Of a stretch of 37,956 bases of DNA, positions 36,718 to 37,956 are shown one piece after another. The stretch is from the IMG/VR virus record IMGVR_UViG_3300010938_000011; one strand, 5' to 3'. The stretch comes from an uncultured virus (IMG/VR IMGVR_UViG_3300010938_000011) (lineage: Duplodnaviria; Heunggongvirae; Uroviricota; Caudoviricetes). The notes below the pieces were generated by a model, which saw nothing but the letters and a program-made list of their open reading frames with translations, ran no database searches and was not told the origin of the DNA. Within the stretch, counting starts at the first letter, position 1. Each line of letters begins with the position of its first letter. A program made the position numbers and the translations under genes.

Positions 36718-37197
36718 ATGACCGAGAAAACAACAAACTTACAACCAAATCAAGAAGAAGCTGTTAATAAAGAAGAAGCTGTTAATAAAGAGGAAACTGT
36801 CAATAACGAAGAAGCCGTCAATAAAGAAGAGACTTTCAATAAAGAGGAAGCTTTAGAATATTTACTATGGAGCACACTCTTAAATGTAGATAAATTTAAG
36901 AAGATTTCTTTTGTAAGCTTATACAAAACGTTACACCTTACATCTTCTGAGATTTCGGTCGGACCCAGAATATGCTGGATCTGCGCCCAATCTCCAGAAT
37001 TTGAAAAGCTGTTACAGAAAAAAGGACGTAGTTCATATCAAATCTCAGAATATGGAAAGGAACTTTTAGACATATTATCTAAAAAATATGGTAACCAGTT
37101 CACAGTAGAAAACGCTAACAAACTCTACGAAGTTTCACAAAAAATTTCCGTCAAGGAATTAAAAGAATATGCAAAATCTATAAGTGAGGAGGCATAA
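36718..37197 (+). CDS. Protein with N-terminal (EEAVNK)n repeats and a winged-helix-like C-terminus
   Basis: Five hexapeptide repeats; LLQKKGRSSYQISEYGKELL resembles a wHTH wing (y.lT..G..ll). Confidence 0.6.
   Translation: MTEKTTNLQPNQEEAVNKEEAVNKEETVNNEEAVNKEETFNKEEALEYLLWSTLLNVDKFKKISFVSLYKTLHLTSSEISVGPRICWICAQSPEFEKLLQKKGRSSYQISEYGKELLDILSKKYGNQFTVENANKLYEVSQKISVKELKEYAKSISEEA
36754..36852 (+). repeat. Coding 18-bp tandem repeat, 5.5 copies
   Basis: gaagaagctgttaataaa and degenerate copies. Confidence 0.92.
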
Positions 37198-37213
37198 ATG
37201 CCTCCTCTTTTTT
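37186..37213 (+). terminator. Rho-independent terminator
   Basis: Stem gaggaggca/tgcctcctc followed by a T run. Confidence 0.85.
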
Positions 37214-37459
37214 TATTTTTTTTAGGCCATCTTTCTTTAGAGGAGGTCTGATAAGGACGGCTGCTAAGACTGTTTTAGGAGGACTGGTACGAAGAAAAGA
37301 TAGATCGATAATAGATCCAACTTTTCATAAAATTTTTTTTTTATTTTTATAAAATTTTTTTATAAAAATAAAAAAAAGAAAGAAAATAAAAATTAAAATT
37401 AAAGAAATTTAGCTTCCATTAAGGAATGAATGGAAAAATCAAATTTAGGAGGTTTAAAA

Positions 37460-37660
37460 ATGCTTACGTTAGAAAAGACTAAAAAGATTTTAGAAAAATT
37501 AGCAAATAGTAAGAGCTTAACGATTGTGGTGGATCAAAACTCCAATTTGAAAATAAGAAAATGGAAGAATATCATAAAGGTTGAAGGATTGATTGAAACA
37601 GATAAAGAATATCTTATTGAAACGATACAATTTGGTCTACCTTACTTAAAGATTAAGTAA
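37460..37660 (+). CDS. Small hypothetical protein (66 aa)
   Basis: AGGAGGT SD before ATG 37460 (the track gives 37430). Confidence 0.75.
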   Translation: MLTLEKTKKILEKLANSKSLTIVVDQNSNLKIRKWKNIIKVEGLIETDKEYLIETIQFGLPYLKIK

Positions 37661-37749
37661 GGTAGATAGAACAGCCTCCTATCTAATAGGAGGTAGGAGG
37701 CGGCCTCTAGCCTTTCTTTTTTGTTTTTAGAAATAGTAGGAGGTCCATT

Positions 37750-37818
37750 ATGGAAAAATATGTTTTATTACTAGCAATCATTTCAGCATTAAGTGAAGTA
37801 ATTCTTTATTTATTGTAG
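37750..37818 (+). CDS. 22-aa hydrophobic peptide, type I toxin-like
   Basis: AGGAGGT SD + MEKYVLLLAIISALSEVILYLL*; below the ORF-track length cutoff. Confidence 0.6.
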   Translation: MEKYVLLLAIISALSEVILYLL

Positions 37819-37824
37819 TTCTAC

Positions 37825-37870
37825 CTTCCTACCTATTAGTTAAAAGCTAATAGGTAGGAAGTCTTTTTTA
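37825..37870 (+). terminator. Long terminator hairpin
   Basis: 15-bp stem cttcctacctattag/ctaataggtaggaag followed by T runs. Confidence 0.85.
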
Positions 37871-37902
37871 TTTTTTTTATTTAGCGTACCTAAGAGGAAT
37901 GT

Positions 37903-37938
37903 CTGATCTATGTTGAATTTCGGTTCAATATAGATCAG
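37903..37938 (+). other. 15-bp hairpin with a G-U pair and UUCG loop
   Basis: ctgatctatgttgaa-t(ttcg)g-ttcaatatagatcag. Confidence 0.7.
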
Positions 37939-37956
37939 CTTAATAAAATTTAAGAG

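Noticed and set aside
36547..36852. CRISPR array
   Set aside because: There are only two 27-bp repeats with a 13-bp gap, the 18-bp repeats are spacerless coding repeats, and no cas genes are present.
1..37956. Stop-codon recoding, inteins/introns, tRNA/rRNA genes, DGR
   Set aside because: Core genes are full length under code 11 and use all three stops; polA, helicase, recA and topoisomerase are of normal size; no cloverleaf, reverse transcriptase or TR/VR pair was seen.

Overview
This window is a very AT-rich fragment of a large dsDNA bacteriophage genome, almost entirely coded on the + strand with strong AGGAGG ribosome-binding sites (SD); the host cannot be determined from the sequence. 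It carries (i) the tail of an amidase endolysin and (ii) a four-gene nucleotide-modification operon: dCMP deaminase, a thymidylate-synthase homologue with the dCMP-specific Asp of T4 dCMP hydroxymethylase, a GT8-like glycosyltransferase and a dNMP kinase. A separate ThyX appears to supply dTMP, so the operon points to a glycosylated 5-modified-cytosine genome copied by a family A polymerase with a UDG-like N-terminus. It also carries (iii) a 1898-aa orphan followed by sigma-like and Mor-like regulators; (iv) a replication/recombination block (DnaB, DnaG, AEP primase domain, Holliday junction resolvase, Mre11/Rad50, RecA, HNH/NinG-like, gp32-like SSB, NinB-like); (v) a 195-bp non-autonomous IS200/IS605 remnant that keeps a promoter and a TnpB omega-RNA-like end; (vi) a split type II topoisomerase whose subunits flank a tandem array of divergent paralogues, most of them broken by single-base indels; and (vii) a hairpin- and repeat-rich, skew-switching non-coding region at 36.3-38 kb (candidate origin or genome end) containing a type I toxin-like micro-ORF. 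All calls come from reading motifs by eye; no searches were run.
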